Shown here: positions 52,219-62,744 of the stretch, in pieces
How the letters are laid out: each line of letters opens with the position of its first letter
Position numbering within the stretch: the stretch's first letter is position 1
NCBI GenBank assembly: GCA_017445245.1
Contig: JAFSUM010000033.1
Coordinates: 6,520 to 70,519 of the forward strand
Reading direction: 5' to 3'
DNA length: 64,000 nucleotides
Source: Bacilli bacterium
Lineage (GTDB): Bacteria > Bacillota_I > Bacilli_A > RFN20 > CAG-826
Program-made: the position numbers and the translations under genes
The notes under the pieces: model-generated
Seen by the model: only the letters and a program-made list of their open reading frames with translations
Databases searched by the model: none
Told to the model about the DNA's origin: nothing

Positions 52219-53270
52219 TGGATATTAATCTCTTCGATTTTTATCTTCCCGAGGAATTAATCGCGCAAACGCCGCTTAAAGCACGCGACGAAGCCCGGTT
52301 AATGGTCATCGACCGCGAAAACAAGACGATCGAGCACAAGAAGTTTTTCGATTTGTTGGATTATTTGAAACCCGGCGACGTCATGGTGCGCAATAACACC
52401 AAGGTCATCCCCGCTCGTCTAATCGGCGTCAAAGAGGAGACCGGCGGCAAAGTCGAGGTCCTCTTGCTTCACGAAGTCCCCGAGGAAGGGGAAGACGTCT
52501 GGGAATGTCTTTTGGGTGGGGCCAAGTCCGTTAAAGTCGGCAGCCACTGTAGCTTTGGAGAAGGAAAACTCCGCGCGGAATGCGTCGGCGTCCATGACGA
52601 AGGCATCCGCCACATGAAATTCACCTACGAAGGCATCTTCCTCGAAGTTCTCGACGAACTCGGCGCGATGCCTTTGCCCCCCTACATCAAAAAGATGTGC
52701 GATGATAAAGACGACTATCAGACCGTCTATGCCAAAGTTCCTGGTTCCGTAGCCGCCCCAACCGCGGGATTCCACTTCACGGAAGCGTTATTTGAAAAGA
52801 TTCGCGCGAAGGGGGTCGAAGTTCTCGACGTGACCCTAAATATTGGTCTTGGTACCTTCCGTCCCGTCAAAGTGCAGGACACCAAAGACCACGTCATGCA
52901 CGAAGAAACATATACCATGTCGCAGGAAACGGCCGATCGCCTCAACCTCGCCCAAAAGGAGGGGAGGCGCATCATCGCCATCGGAACGACCTCCGTCCGC
53001 ACTCTGGAATCGGTCTACGCCAAGTTTGGCCATTTCGAAAAAGATTCCTCTGCGACGAGCATCTTCATTTCCCCGGGCTATGAATATAAGGCCGTCGACG
53101 CCCTCGTCACCAATTTCCATCTGCCGAAATCGACCCTCGTCATGCTCGTTTCCGCCTTCATGGGCAGGGAATGGACGCTTCATTGCTACGAAGAGGCGGT
53201 AAAGCAGCGGTATCGTTTCTTCTCTTTCGGCGACGCGATGTTTATCTATGGCAGAGCCAACAAAGATTAA
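52215..53270 (+). CDS. queA: S-adenosylmethionine:tRNA ribosyltransferase-isomerase
   Basis: Contains [20 protein letters not shown] and TAGFHFT. The start overlaps the tgt stop by 4 nt. Confidence 0.9.
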   Translation: MMDINLFDFYLPEELIAQTPLKARDEARLMVIDRENKTIEHKKFFDLLDYLKPGDVMVRNNTKVIPARLIGVKEETGGKVEVLLLHEVPEEGEDVWECLLGGAKSVKVGSHCSFGEGKLRAECVGVHDEGIRHMKFTYEGIFLEVLDELGAMPLPPYIKKMCDDKDDYQTVYAKVPGSVAAPTAGFHFTEALFEKIRAKGVEVLDVTLNIGLGTFRPVKVQDTKDHVMHEETYTMSQETADRLNLAQKEGRRIIAIGTTSVRTLESVYAKFGHFEKDSSATSIFISPGYEYKAVDALVTNFHLPKSTLVMLVSAFMGREWTLHCYEEAVKQRYRFFSFGDAMFIYGRANKD

Positions 53271-53904
53271 CTATCAGAAAGAATGCGAGAAGATTCTCGC
53301 GACCATTCCAGAAGGCGAAAAGCCGCGCCTTTTGCTGCACGTTTGCTGCGGTCCATGCGCGTGTTTTCCCCTCGTTTTCCTTTGCAAACGCTTCAAAGTC
53401 ACCATCTATTACGCGAATTCCAATATCTATCCCGCAGAGGAATACGCCCATCGTCTAAGCGAACTAGAAAAGCTTGTCTCCTATCTCCATCGCGATTTGG
53501 GTTTTGATATCGACATGGTCGTGCCCCCGTATGAAAACGAGGACTTTACCAAGGCGCTCGAACCGTTAAAGGACGAACCCGAGGGCGGGAAACGTTGCAT
53601 CCTCTGTTATTCCATGCGCATGAAGGAAAGCTATGCCTATGCCAAGGAGCGTGGCTATGACTTCTTTACGACCGTCATGTCCGTCTCCAGACAAAAGGAT
53701 TCCCAGAAGTTCAACGAAATAGGCAAAGCCCTTGAGCCGCAGTTTGCCCCCGTCCGTTACCTCTATAGCGACTTCAAGAAGAACAAAGGTCAGGAAATCG
53801 GGGTCGAGATCCGCAAGAAGTACGATTTGTATAACCAGTGCTACTGTGGGTGCGTCTATTCCTACGAAGAGATGCTGAAGCGCCCTAAACCCGAAGAGAA
53901 ATAG
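53248..53904 (+). CDS. queH: Epoxyqueuosine reductase QueH (DUF208)
   Basis: Contains [18 protein letters not shown] and CYCGC. It overlaps queA by 23 nt. Confidence 0.8.
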   Translation: MAEPTKINYQKECEKILATIPEGEKPRLLLHVCCGPCACFPLVFLCKRFKVTIYYANSNIYPAEEYAHRLSELEKLVSYLHRDLGFDIDMVVPPYENEDFTKALEPLKDEPEGGKRCILCYSMRMKESYAYAKERGYDFFTTVMSVSRQKDSQKFNEIGKALEPQFAPVRYLYSDFKKNKGQEIGVEIRKKYDLYNQCYCGCVYSYEEMLKRPKPEEK

Positions 53905-53924
53905 GCGATAAACGTCAACTTACT

Positions 53925-53950
53925 ATGCCTCCCATGCGGGGCATTTTTTG
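53925..53950 (+). terminator. Rho-independent terminator after queH
   Basis: Hairpin ATGCCTC-ccatgc-GGGGCAT followed by TTTTTTG. Confidence 0.6.
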
Positions 53951-54124
53951 TATTTCTAGACCAAAAATTCACCGTCCTAAATTCCAAAAATTGTGCACGG
54001 TGCACAAAGATTTAGTGATTTTTGCCTTTTTTGGAATCGGATCGAGAAGTGGGGGTTTGCACGGTTTTCGAGGATTAAATTGACGCGATATTATCGGCAC
54101 TTTTATAAAATAAACAAAAAATGT

Positions 54125-54153
54125 TTGACTCTCATATCTCGTACGCGTATATT
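54125..54153 (+). promoter_or_regulatory. Sigma-70 promoter candidate for the S10 operon (TTGACT, 17-bp spacer, TATATT)
   Basis: Direct reading. It lies about 140 nt upstream of the rpsJ ATG. Confidence 0.6.
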
Positions 54154-54290
54154 TATCCACGCTGGCGCTTACGTTGAAGCACGAGGTTGCCGAACCACCG
54201 ACAGGCGTTGTCATGAAAAGGTGGTCGGGGAATTCGCGATGAGCAAGCGTCAGAAGCCTGATAAAAGAAATTCATCAAGGAGGAACATTC

Positions 54291-54617
54291 ATGGCGAAAG
54301 AAAAAGCGATCCGCGTTCGCTTGATGGCTTACGACCACAAGATCCTCGACCTCAGCGTCGAAAAGATCCTGGAAGTGGCCAAGAAAACCGGCGCCGGCGT
54401 CAAGGGACCCATCCCTCTGCCGACCGAAAAGCAGGTCTACACGATTCTCCGCGCTACCTTCAAGTACAAGGATAGCCGCGAGCAGTTCGAGATCCGCACC
54501 CATAAGAGATTGGTCTACATCACCAATCCGACCAAAGAAACGATCGACACCCTTCGCAGGCTCGACCTGCCCAACGGTGTTGGCATCGAAATCAAATTGA
54601 ATGAAGGAGTCCAGTAA
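54291..54617 (+). CDS. rpsJ: 30S ribosomal protein S10
   Basis: AAGGAGG Shine-Dalgarno. Contains [14 protein letters not shown]...GPIPLPT...FEIRTHKRL. Confidence 0.95.
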   Translation: MAKEKAIRVRLMAYDHKILDLSVEKILEVAKKTGAGVKGPIPLPTEKQVYTILRATFKYKDSREQFEIRTHKRLVYITNPTKETIDTLRRLDLPNGVGIEIKLNEGVQ

Positions 54618-54619
54618 TC

Positions 54620-55321
54620 ATGAAATCGATTCTCGGAAGAAAAGCGGGCATGACTACGGTCTTCGCCCCCGACGGAACGATGTACCCCGTCACCGTCATT
54701 GAGGTCCTTCCCAACGTCGTCCTCGACAAAAGGACCAATGAGAAGAACGGCTACGAAGCTCTCGTCGTCGGTTACGAAGACAAGAAAGCCCGTACCCTCT
54801 CCAAACCCCGCCTCGGCCTCTTCACCAAGGCTGGCGTGAGCCCCAAGGCCCACATCGTCGAACTCAAAGGCGACGAAATCTATGGCAAGAACGTCGGTGA
54901 GACCCTCACCTGCGACCTCTTCCAGACCGGCGAAGTCGTCGACCTCATCGGTCACAACAAAGGACACGGCTACGTTGGTACCATCAAGCATTACCACCAC
55001 GCCGTCGGCCCCCGCGGACATGGTTCTGGCTACCACCGTCAGATTGGCTCCCTTGCCAATAACGGCCGTTGCAACAACCGCGTCATCCCCGGCAAGAAGA
55101 TGTCCGGCCACTGGGGACCCAAACAGTGCACCGTCCAGAATGTCGTCATCGTCGAGAGCAACCCCGAAAAGGGCTACATCCTCGTCAAGGGCGGCGTCCC
55201 CGGACCCAAAAAGGCGCTCGTCGTGCTCCGCACCGCCGTCCGCCACCAGTTCAAGAAACCCGTCGTCAAGGCCCTCGTGAACAATGCCGCGAAGCCCGCT
55301 GACGAGGCGAAAGGAGAATAA
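54620..55321 (+). CDS. rplC: 50S ribosomal protein L3
   Basis: The sequence begins [15 protein letters not shown]. It has a short K/A-rich C-terminal tail. Confidence 0.95.
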   Translation: MKSILGRKAGMTTVFAPDGTMYPVTVIEVLPNVVLDKRTNEKNGYEALVVGYEDKKARTLSKPRLGLFTKAGVSPKAHIVELKGDEIYGKNVGETLTCDLFQTGEVVDLIGHNKGHGYVGTIKHYHHAVGPRGHGSGYHRQIGSLANNGRCNNRVIPGKKMSGHWGPKQCTVQNVVIVESNPEKGYILVKGGVPGPKKALVVLRTAVRHQFKKPVVKALVNNAAKPADEAKGE

Positions 55322-55326
55322 GACAC

Positions 55327-55968
55327 ATGGCCGAAAAGAAAATCGCTGTGGCCGTCAAGAACCTCGCCGGCGAAGAAGTCGGCAAGGTCAACCTCGAACC
55401 TTCCGTCTTCGGTGCGAAGGACGTGAACCCGCAAGTCATCAAAGACGCGGTCACCGTCTACCTCGCCAACCGTCGCCAGGCTACGGCCAAAACCAAGAAG
55501 CGCCACGAAGTCTCCGGAACCGGCAAGAAGCCCTGGAGACAAAAAGGAACCGGCCGCGCCCGCTCGGGCGATGCCCAATCCCCGATCTGGGTCGGAGGCG
55601 GCAACGTCTTCGGACCTGACGGAACCCAGAACTACAAGCTCTCGCAGAACAAGAAAGCCCACAAGCTCGCCCTCTGCGGAGCCCTCACCGAGAAAGTCGG
55701 CAACGGCCTCGTCGTCGTCGACAAGCTCGAACTGAACGCCATCTCCACCAAGGAATTCGCCAAATCTCTTAAGGCCCTTGGCTGCGAAGGCAAGAAGAAC
55801 CTCATCGTCGTCGACGGTGAGAACGACAAGCTCATCCTCTCCGCCCGCGGCATCGAAAAGGTCGGACTCGTCGAAGTCGGCAACATCGCCGTCTACGACC
55901 TCCTCCACTTCGATAACCTCATCATCGGACAGGACGACGTCAAGAAACTTGAGGAGGCCTTGAAATAA
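55327..55968 (+). CDS. rplD: 50S ribosomal protein L4
   Basis: Contains [24 protein letters not shown]. Confidence 0.95.
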   Translation: MAEKKIAVAVKNLAGEEVGKVNLEPSVFGAKDVNPQVIKDAVTVYLANRRQATAKTKKRHEVSGTGKKPWRQKGTGRARSGDAQSPIWVGGGNVFGPDGTQNYKLSQNKKAHKLALCGALTEKVGNGLVVVDKLELNAISTKEFAKSLKALGCEGKKNLIVVDGENDKLILSARGIEKVGLVEVGNIAVYDLLHFDNLIIGQDDVKKLEEALK

Positions 55969-56381
55969 TGGCTGAAGAAAAAGTCACCGAAGCGGTGGTG
56001 GAAGAAGCCCCCGCCAAACCGGCCAAGAAGGCCACCCGCAAAAAGGCCGAAAAGAAGGAAGAACCCAAAAAGGTCTCCTTCGCCAAGCCGACCGCCCATG
56101 ATTACGAAGTGATCATCGAGCCGCTCATCACGGAAAAGACCATGGCGCTCATGCAGAACGCCAACAAGATCACCGTCAAGGTGAGCGAATCCGCCAACAA
56201 GATCGAGATCAAGGAAGCCTTCCAGAGGGTCTTCCAGGTCAAGGTCGTCGACGTCAAGGTCGCCAACCAGGTTGGCAAGACCACGACCCGCGGCGGACGC
56301 TACAAAGGAACCATCTCCGGCTTCAAGAAAGCGATCGTCAAGGTCGCCGAAGGCGAAGCCATCGACTTGTTCCGCGAGTAA
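55968..56381 (+). CDS. rplW: 50S ribosomal protein L23 with an N-terminal K/A/E-rich extension of about 43 aa
   Basis: GAGGAGG Shine-Dalgarno. The core reads DYEVIIEPLITEKTMAL...IKEAFQRVFQVKV. The N-terminus reads [35 protein letters not shown]. Confidence 0.9.
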   Translation: MAEEKVTEAVVEEAPAKPAKKATRKKAEKKEEPKKVSFAKPTAHDYEVIIEPLITEKTMALMQNANKITVKVSESANKIEIKEAFQRVFQVKVVDVKVANQVGKTTTRGGRYKGTISGFKKAIVKVAEGEAIDLFRE

Positions 56382-56446
56382 GTAACCACTCTCGCGTACA
56401 TATAAATAAGAAGTACGCGTAAAGAGAACACTATAGGAGAAAGAAA

Positions 56447-57280
56447 ATGGCAATTAGAACGTATCGTCCTTACACCCCGTCGCGCCGTGCCATGAGCAAC
56501 TCGACGTTCGAGGACATCACCAAGACCGCTCCTGAAAAATCGCTTCTCGTCCCCCTCAAGAAGACGGGCGGGCGCAACAATCAGGGCAAAATCACCTGCC
56601 GCCACATCGGCGGTGGCAACAAGAGGAAGTACCGCATCATCGACTTCCGCCGTCGCAAGGATGGCATCCCCGCGACCGTGAAGGCCATCGAGTACGACCC
56701 CAACCGTAACGCCAACATCGCCCTCATCTGCTACGCGGATGGCGAAAAGGCTTACATCATCGAGCCCCAGGGCCTCGGCGTCGGCGACAAGATCGTCTCC
56801 GGCCCGGCCACCGACATCAAAGTCGGCAACTGCCTCGAACTTCAGAACATCCCCGACGGAACCTTCATCCATAACGTCGAGCTCCAGCCCGGCAAAGGCG
56901 GCCAGCTCTGCCGCGCTGCCGGCACCTCGGCCCAGATCCTTGGTTCCGAAGGCAAATACGTTACCGTCCGCCTCGCCTCTGGCGAAGCCCGCAAGATCCT
57001 CAAGACCTGCCGCGCTACCGTCGGCGTCGTCGGCAACGAAGACTGGAACCTCGTCAACCTCGGCAAGGCCGGCAAGACCCGTTGGAACGGGACCCGCCCG
57101 ACCGTCCGCGGTTCCGCGATGAACCCCTGCGACCACCCCCACGGCGGTGGTGAGGGCAAATGCCCCGTCGGCCGTGACGCTCCTCGCTCCCCCTGGGGCA
57201 AGAGGACCCAAGGCGTCAAGACCCGCCGCATGAAAAAGAACTCCACCCGCCTCATCGTCAGGCGCCGTGGTGAGAAGTAA
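56447..57280 (+). CDS. rplB: 50S ribosomal protein L2
   Basis: The sequence begins [14 protein letters not shown] and contains [13 protein letters not shown] and HPHGGGEGK. Confidence 0.95.
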   Translation: MAIRTYRPYTPSRRAMSNSTFEDITKTAPEKSLLVPLKKTGGRNNQGKITCRHIGGGNKRKYRIIDFRRRKDGIPATVKAIEYDPNRNANIALICYADGEKAYIIEPQGLGVGDKIVSGPATDIKVGNCLELQNIPDGTFIHNVELQPGKGGQLCRAAGTSAQILGSEGKYVTVRLASGEARKILKTCRATVGVVGNEDWNLVNLGKAGKTRWNGTRPTVRGSAMNPCDHPHGGGEGKCPVGRDAPRSPWGKRTQGVKTRRMKKNSTRLIVRRRGEK

Positions 57281-57295
57281 GAAAGGAGAGATTGA

Positions 57296-57583
57296 ATGTC
57301 TCGTTCACTCAAGAAAGCCCCGTTCGTGGACGCCTACCTCGTCAAGAAGGTCGAGGCCCTCGACAAAGCGGGTAAGAAAGAGATCATCAAGACATGGTCT
57401 CGCCGCTCGACGATCTACCCTGCGTTCGTCGAACACACCTTCGCCGTCTATAACGGACACGAACACATCACCGTCTATGTCACCGAGGACATGGTTGGCC
57501 ATAAGCTCGGAGAATTCGCTCCCACGCGTAACTTCCCCGGCCACAAGGGCAACAACCTCAACGACAAGGGCGGCAAGAAGTAA
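57296..57583 (+). CDS. rpsS: 30S ribosomal protein S19
   Basis: The sequence begins [12 protein letters not shown] and contains [10 protein letters not shown] and [11 protein letters not shown]. Confidence 0.95.
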   Translation: MSRSLKKAPFVDAYLVKKVEALDKAGKKEIIKTWSRRSTIYPAFVEHTFAVYNGHEHITVYVTEDMVGHKLGEFAPTRNFPGHKGNNLNDKGGKK

Positions 57584-57594
57584 GGAGGCACCCC

Positions 57595-58098
57595 ATGGCT
57601 GAAGAAAAGAAAACCAAGGCTCCGGCTAAGAAAGCCGTGAAGCCCGAAGGGGAAAAAGCCCCCGCCAAGAAAGCTGCCAAGGCGGAAGCCAAGGAAGCCA
57701 AGAAGGTCGCTAAGAAAGCCGTCAAGGAAGAGGCCAAGAAAGTCGAGGCCAAACCCAAGGCGACCGAAGCCCGCGCCTTCTCCCGCGACGTCCGCGTCGC
57801 CCCGCGCAAGGTCCGCCTCGTCGCCGACCTCGTCCGCGGCAAATCCGTCAAGGACGCCCTCGGCCTATTGGCCATCACCAACAAGGCCGCCAAGACCCCG
57901 GTCGAAAAGATCATCAAATCGGCCGCTGCCAACGCCGTCAATAACTTCGGGATGGACGCTTCCAAGCTCTACATCGCCGAAATCCAAGTCGGAGATGGCC
58001 TCAAGATCAAGAGGTACATCCCGCGCGCCAAAGGTTCCGCTTCCGGAATCGTAAAGCGTAACAGCCACATCTCCATCGTCGTAAAGGAAAGGAACTAA
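57595..58098 (+). CDS. rplV: 50S ribosomal protein L22 with an N-terminal K/A-rich extension of about 57 aa
   Basis: AAGGAGG Shine-Dalgarno directly upstream of the ATG at 57595. The core reads RDVRVAPRKVRLVADLVRGK. The N-terminus reads MAEEKKTKAPAKKAVKPEGEKAPAKKAAKAEAKEAKKVAKKAVKEEAKKVEAKPK. No internal start codon lies near the core. Confidence 0.9.
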   Translation: MAEEKKTKAPAKKAVKPEGEKAPAKKAAKAEAKEAKKVAKKAVKEEAKKVEAKPKATEARAFSRDVRVAPRKVRLVADLVRGKSVKDALGLLAITNKAAKTPVEKIIKSAAANAVNNFGMDASKLYIAEIQVGDGLKIKRYIPRAKGSASGIVKRNSHISIVVKERN

Positions 58099-58103
58099 GA
58101 AGC

Positions 58104-58862
58104 ATGGGACAGAAAGTTAACCCCGTCGGACTCCGCGTCGGTATCAACCGCGACTGGAACTCCAAATGGTTCGCCAAGGGCGACGACTTCGCCGCCTTCA
58201 TCGACGAGGATGTGAAAATCCGCCGTTACCTCAACAAGGAACTCCGCAACGCGATGCTCTCCCGTATCGAGATCGGCCGTTCCTCCAATGAGAAGGCTCT
58301 CCGCATCGCCGTCTGCGTCGCCCGTCCGGGTGATGTCATCGGCCAGGAAGGCGAAAACAAAAAGCGTCTCCTCGCGGGCCTAGCCAAAATCACCAAGAAG
58401 CCCGAGAACGAAATCCGTCTCGACGTCGTCGAGATCAAGAACCCGGACCTCGATGCGACTCTCGTCGCCAAGTGGATCGCCAGCGAGCTCGAAAACCGTG
58501 CCGCCTTCCGTTCCACGATGAAGAAAGCCCTCACCCGTATGCGTAAAGCGGGTGCCAAAGGATGCCGCACCCTCTGCTCTGGCCGTCTCGCCGGCGCCGA
58601 AATCGCGCGCTCCGAAGGCTACAAGGACGGCGTTGTCCCTCTGCACACTCTCCGTGCGGACATCGACTTCGCTTCCGTCCACGCCGCGACCACCTACGGC
58701 AACATCGGCGTCAAGGTGTGGATCTGCCGCAGCCTTAACAAGACCGATACCGAAACCATCAACGAGCCGGCTCCCCGCGATCCGCGCGACGATCGTCGTC
58801 CCGCCGACCGCCGTCCCGCTCGGAAAGGAGATGTAAACCATGCTGCAACCAAAGCGCGTTAA
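58104..58862 (+). CDS. rpsC: 30S ribosomal protein S3 (R/D-rich C-terminal tail, overlaps rplP by 23 nt)
   Basis: The sequence begins [23 protein letters not shown]. Confidence 0.95.
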   Translation: MGQKVNPVGLRVGINRDWNSKWFAKGDDFAAFIDEDVKIRRYLNKELRNAMLSRIEIGRSSNEKALRIAVCVARPGDVIGQEGENKKRLLAGLAKITKKPENEIRLDVVEIKNPDLDATLVAKWIASELENRAAFRSTMKKALTRMRKAGAKGCRTLCSGRLAGAEIARSEGYKDGVVPLHTLRADIDFASVHAATTYGNIGVKVWICRSLNKTDTETINEPAPRDPRDDRRPADRRPARKGDVNHAATKAR

Positions 58863-59256
58863 GTACCGTCGTCCGCACGCCCTCAAGTACGAAGGACATG
58901 CGAAAGGTGGCACTAAGGTCGAATTCGGTGAATTCGGCTTGGTCGCCCTCGAAGGCAACTACATCACCGACCACCAGATCGAATCCGCCCGTATCGTCCT
59001 CTCCCGTTGCACGGACAGGACCGGCAAGGTGTGGATCCGCATCTTCCCCCATATGGCCAAGACCAAGAAACCGGCCGAAGTTCGTATGGGTAGCGGCAAA
59101 GGCTCGCCGGAAGGCTGGGTCGCCGTCGTCAAACAGGGCGCCGTCATGTTCGAAATCGGCGGAACCACCCCCGAGGTCGCCATGGAAGCCCTCCGTCTTG
59201 CCAGCTATAAGCTCCCGGTCAAGACCAAGATCATCAGCAAGGAGAAGGGAGAATAA
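58840..59256 (+). CDS. rplP: 50S ribosomal protein L16
   Basis: The sequence begins [13 protein letters not shown]. Confidence 0.95.
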   Translation: MLQPKRVKYRRPHALKYEGHAKGGTKVEFGEFGLVALEGNYITDHQIESARIVLSRCTDRTGKVWIRIFPHMAKTKKPAEVRMGSGKGSPEGWVAVVKQGAVMFEIGGTTPEVAMEALRLASYKLPVKTKIISKEKGE

Positions 59257-59258
59257 CC

Positions 59259-59459
59259 ATGAACGTCAACGAACTTCGTGAACTCACCCCCGAAGAGCTC
59301 GACGAGAAGATCTACGAGCTCAAGACCCAGCTATTCGAACTCCGCCGCAAGAAAGCGGTCGGCCAGCTCGAGCACGGCGATGAGGTCCGCCGCCTGCGCA
59401 AGACCATCGCCAAAGCCGAAACCGTGAAGCGCCAGCGCGCGCTCAACATCGCTAAGTAA
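59259..59459 (+). CDS. rpmC: 50S ribosomal protein L29
   Basis: Contains ELRELTPEELDEKIYELKTQLFELR. Confidence 0.9.
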   Translation: MNVNELRELTPEELDEKIYELKTQLFELRRKKAVGQLEHGDEVRRLRKTIAKAETVKRQRALNIAK

Positions 59460-59473
59460 AGGAGGAAAGGCAA

Positions 59474-59794
59474 ATGGAAAGAAATCATCGTACCACGATC
59501 CAAGGCGTCGTCACTTCCGTGAAGATGGCCAAGACCATCGTCGTCACCGTTTCGACCGAACGCAACGACCCCCTCTACGTCAAGCGCGTCGGCTATTCGA
59601 AGAAGTACTATGCCCACGATGAAGAGGGCAAAGCCAAACTCGGCGACACCGTGACCATCATGGCCTGCCGCCCCATGTCCAAGCTCAAGAGGTTCCGCCT
59701 CGTCTCCATCGACAAGACCCCGGTTCTCGAGGATATCGAAAAGGCCGAGGAAGCCCTCGAAGCGAAGGAAGGTCTCAAGGAGGATAAAGAATAA
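59474..59794 (+). CDS. rpsQ: 30S ribosomal protein S17 (acidic C-terminal tail)
   Basis: Contains [15 protein letters not shown] and [24 protein letters not shown]. Confidence 0.9.
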   Translation: MERNHRTTIQGVVTSVKMAKTIVVTVSTERNDPLYVKRVGYSKKYYAHDEEGKAKLGDTVTIMACRPMSKLKRFRLVSIDKTPVLEDIEKAEEALEAKEGLKEDKE

Positions 59795-60162
59795 TGGTCC
59801 ACACCGAAACCAATCTCGTTGTCGCCGACAACTCCGGCGCCAAATCGGTCCGCGCCTTCCGCCTCTATGGCGGCAGCCACCGCAAGACCTCTTCCGTCGG
59901 TGACGTCGTCCTCTGCGCCGTCAAGGACGCGATCCCCAACGCCAAGAAGAAGAAGGGTGACGTCGTCAAAGCCGTCATCGTCCGCGTCAAGCATCCGCTT
60001 CAGCGCAAGGACGGCTCGACCATCTCCTTCGACGACAACGCCGTCGTCCTCATCGATAACGACGGCAACCCGATCGGCACCCGCGTCTTCGGACCGGTCG
60101 CCCGCGAACTCCGCGACAAGGGATACATGAAAATCGTCTCCCTCGCCTTCGAGGTTCTATAA
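59794..60162 (+). CDS. rplN: 50S ribosomal protein L14
   Basis: Contains [10 protein letters not shown] and AVIVR. Confidence 0.95.
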   Translation: MVHTETNLVVADNSGAKSVRAFRLYGGSHRKTSSVGDVVLCAVKDAIPNAKKKKGDVVKAVIVRVKHPLQRKDGSTISFDDNAVVLIDNDGNPIGTRVFGPVARELRDKGYMKIVSLAFEVL

Positions 60163-60176
60163 GGAGGTAACTGACC

Positions 60177-60482
60177 ATGAATATCAAAAAAGGTGACAAG
60201 GTCATCGTGATCTCCGGCGCCGACAAGGGCAAAACCGGTATCGTCCAGCGCGTCTACCCCAAGCTCAACCGCGTGGTTGTCGAGGGCGTGAACGTCCACA
60301 AGAAGCACCGCAAGCCCACCCAGCAGGTCTCTGAAGGGTCGGTCGTCGACATCTACGTCCCCATCGATGCGAGCAACGTCGCCCTCATCGATCCCAAAAC
60401 CAAAAAGCCCACCCGCGTCCACTATGGCGAGGTGAAGGGCAAGAAAGTCCGCCTCGCCAAGTCCGGCGAGAGCCTCGACTAA
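60177..60482 (+). CDS. rplX: 50S ribosomal protein L24
   Basis: Contains [19 protein letters not shown]. Confidence 0.95.
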   Translation: MNIKKGDKVIVISGADKGKTGIVQRVYPKLNRVVVEGVNVHKKHRKPTQQVSEGSVVDIYVPIDASNVALIDPKTKKPTRVHYGEVKGKKVRLAKSGESLD

Positions 60483-60496
60483 GAAAGGAGCCCCCG

Positions 60497-61183
60497 ATGG
60501 CAGAAGAAAAGAAAACGACCGCCAAGGCGGCCCCGAAAAAGCCCGCGGCCCCCAAAGCCGCCCCGAAAGCCGCTCCCGAAGCCGAAGCTGCCCCTAAAGC
60601 CGCTGCGAAGAAGGAAGCCAAGAAATTCGTTTCTCCCGAGCCGAAGAACCGCCTCGCGAAGAAATACCGCAACGAAGTCGTCCCCGAACTCGTCAAGGAA
60701 TTCGGCTACACTTCCGTCATGATGGCCCCGAAGATCGAGAAGATCGTCATCAACATGGGCGTTGGCGATGCTACCAGCAACTCCAAGGCTCTCGATGACG
60801 CGGTCGCCGACCTCACGATCCTCTCTGGTCAGAAGCCGGTCATCACCAAGGCCAAGAAGTCCATCGCGACCTTCAAACTCCGCGAAGGACAGGCCATCGG
60901 CTGCAAAGTCACTCTCCGTGGCGAGCGCATGTATGAGTTCCTCGATAAGCTCATCTCCGTCGCTCTCCCCCGCGTCCGTGACTTCCGCGGCATCAACCGC
61001 AACGCCTTTGACGGCCATGGCAACTACACCCTGGGCGTCAAGGAACAACTGATCTTCCCCGAAATCGATTACGATAAGGTCAGCAAGATCCGCGGTATGG
61101 ACGTCGTCATCGTCACCACCGCGCAATCGGACAAAGAGGCGGCCAGCCTTCTTGAAAAGCTCGGCATGCCCTTCCGCAAATAA
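60497..61183 (+). CDS. rplE: 50S ribosomal protein L5 with an N-terminal A/K/P-rich extension of about 49 aa
   Basis: AAAGGAG Shine-Dalgarno. The core reads [21 protein letters not shown]...INMGVGDA. The N-terminus reads [43 protein letters not shown]. Confidence 0.9.
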   Translation: MAEEKKTTAKAAPKKPAAPKAAPKAAPEAEAAPKAAAKKEAKKFVSPEPKNRLAKKYRNEVVPELVKEFGYTSVMMAPKIEKIVINMGVGDATSNSKALDDAVADLTILSGQKPVITKAKKSIATFKLREGQAIGCKVTLRGERMYEFLDKLISVALPRVRDFRGINRNAFDGHGNYTLGVKEQLIFPEIDYDKVSKIRGMDVVIVTTAQSDKEAASLLEKLGMPFRK

Positions 61184-61195
61184 GGAGAATCGACC

Positions 61196-61381
61196 ATGGC
61201 TAAGAAAAGTTTGGTTGCAAAATCTGCCCGCAAGCAGAAATTCGCCGTCCGCGAGTACACCCGTTGCACCCGCTGCGGCCGCCCGCATGGCGTCATCCGC
61301 AAATTCGGCCTCTGCCGCATCTGCCTCCGCGAGCTCGCCTACAAAGGTGAGATCCCTGGCATGAAGAAGGCCTCTTGGTAA
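61196..61381 (+). CDS. rpsZ: 30S ribosomal protein S14, zinc-binding short (type Z) form
   Basis: The protein is 61 aa. CTRCGRP...CRIC supplies four Cys residues. Confidence 0.95.
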   Translation: MAKKSLVAKSARKQKFAVREYTRCTRCGRPHGVIRKFGLCRICLRELAYKGEIPGMKKASW

Positions 61382-61400
61382 GAAAGGAGAACACGATAAC

Positions 61401-61796
61401 ATGAACGCAGATCCTATCGCCGACATGCTCACCCGTATCCGCAACGCCAACGCGCTGCGCTACGAAGACGTGTCCATGCCTTCCTCTTCCATCAAGGTCG
61501 GCATCGCCGAAATCCTCAAGAACGAAGGTTTCATCAACGACTTCTCGGTCTCCGAGGAGAAGGGCAAGAAGACCCTCACCATCGCCCTCAAGTACTCCGC
61601 TTCGGGCGAGCGCGTCATCACCAACCTGAAGCGCGTCTCCAAGCCGGGCCTCCGCGTCTATGCGGAATCCGACAAGATCCCGAGCGTCCTCAAGGGCCTT
61701 GGCATCGCCATCGTGAGTACCCCCAACGGCTTGCTCACCGACAAACAAGCAAGGAAACAACACGTCGGCGGCGAAGTGCTCGCCTACGTGTGGTAA
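61401..61796 (+). CDS. rpsH: 30S ribosomal protein S8
   Basis: Contains [13 protein letters not shown]. Confidence 0.95.
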   Translation: MNADPIADMLTRIRNANALRYEDVSMPSSSIKVGIAEILKNEGFINDFSVSEEKGKKTLTIALKYSASGERVITNLKRVSKPGLRVYAESDKIPSVLKGLGIAIVSTPNGLLTDKQARKQHVGGEVLAYVW

Positions 61797-61817
61797 TCCA
61801 GAAAGGAAGAAAACATC

Positions 61818-62366
61818 ATGTCTCGCATCGGACTCAAACCCGTGGTTCTTCCTGAAGGCGTCACCCTCGATATCAAGGAAGGCGCCGTCGCCGTCAAAGG
61901 TCCCAAAGGCGAATTGAGCGTGGCTTATCCTAGCTGCGTAAGCGTCTCTGTGGATAACGGCGTTGCCCACGTCGCTCGCAAGAACGACGAACCCGCTTCC
62001 GTGGCCAACCACGGCACCGTCAGGGCCAACCTCGCCAATGCCATCAAAGGCGTTCACGAAGGTTTCAAGAAAGAACTCGTCATCTCTGGTATCGGCTATC
62101 GTTGCGCGATGAGGGGAACCTCCATCGTCCTCAACGTCGGCTTCTCCCACGAGGTGGTCATCACTCCCGTCGAAGGCGTCAAAATCTCCGCCCCCGACGC
62201 GACCCACATCATCGTCGAGGGCATCGACCGTCAGAAAGTCGGTCAGACCGCGGCCCTCATCCACGACACCAAGCGCCCCGAACCTTATGGTGGTAAGGGC
62301 ATCCGCTATAGCGACGAAGTCGTCCTCCGCAAGGAAGGCAAGCGCGCCGCCGGCGGTAAGAAGTAA
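61818..62366 (+). CDS. rplF: 50S ribosomal protein L6
   Basis: The sequence begins MSRIGLKPVVLPEGV and contains KGPKGEL. Confidence 0.95.
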   Translation: MSRIGLKPVVLPEGVTLDIKEGAVAVKGPKGELSVAYPSCVSVSVDNGVAHVARKNDEPASVANHGTVRANLANAIKGVHEGFKKELVISGIGYRCAMRGTSIVLNVGFSHEVVITPVEGVKISAPDATHIIVEGIDRQKVGQTAALIHDTKRPEPYGGKGIRYSDEVVLRKEGKRAAGGKK

Positions 62367-62382
62367 AGGGAGGCTATAAGCA

Positions 62383-62739
62383 ATGATCGAAAAGAAATCC
62401 CGCAGCGTCGTCCGTGCCCGCAAGCACCTTCGCGTCCGCGCCAAGATCTCCGGCACGGCTGAAAAGCCCCGCCTCTGCGTCTTCCGTTCCAACAAGCACA
62501 TCGAGGCCCAGATCATCGACGACGTCAAAGGCGTCACCTTGGTCTCGTCCTCTTCCGTCCAACTCAAGCTCGCCAACGGTTCCAACTGCGAAGCGGCCGC
62601 CAAAGTCGGCGCCGACCTCGCCAAGAAGGCCAAGGCCAAAGGCATCGAAATCGTTGCCTTCGACCGTGGCGGCTACCTCTATCACGGCCGCGTGGCCGCG
62701 CTAGCCGACGCCGCTCGTGAAGGCGGACTCAAGTTCTAA
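62383..62739 (+). CDS. rplR: 50S ribosomal protein L18
   Basis: Contains [35 protein letters not shown]. Confidence 0.95.
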   Translation: MIEKKSRSVVRARKHLRVRAKISGTAEKPRLCVFRSNKHIEAQIIDDVKGVTLVSSSSVQLKLANGSNCEAAAKVGADLAKKAKAKGIEIVAFDRGGYLYHGRVAALADAAREGGLKF

Positions 62740-62744
62740 GGAGA

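Noticed and set aside
58840-58862. The 23-nt overlap of rpsC and rplP as a possible frameshift or sequencing error.
   Set aside because: Both reading frames are well supported. The S3 tail is part of an R/D-rich extension, and L16 begins with the canonical MLQPKR preceded by a GGAGAT Shine-Dalgarno. Overlaps like this are common in compact operons.
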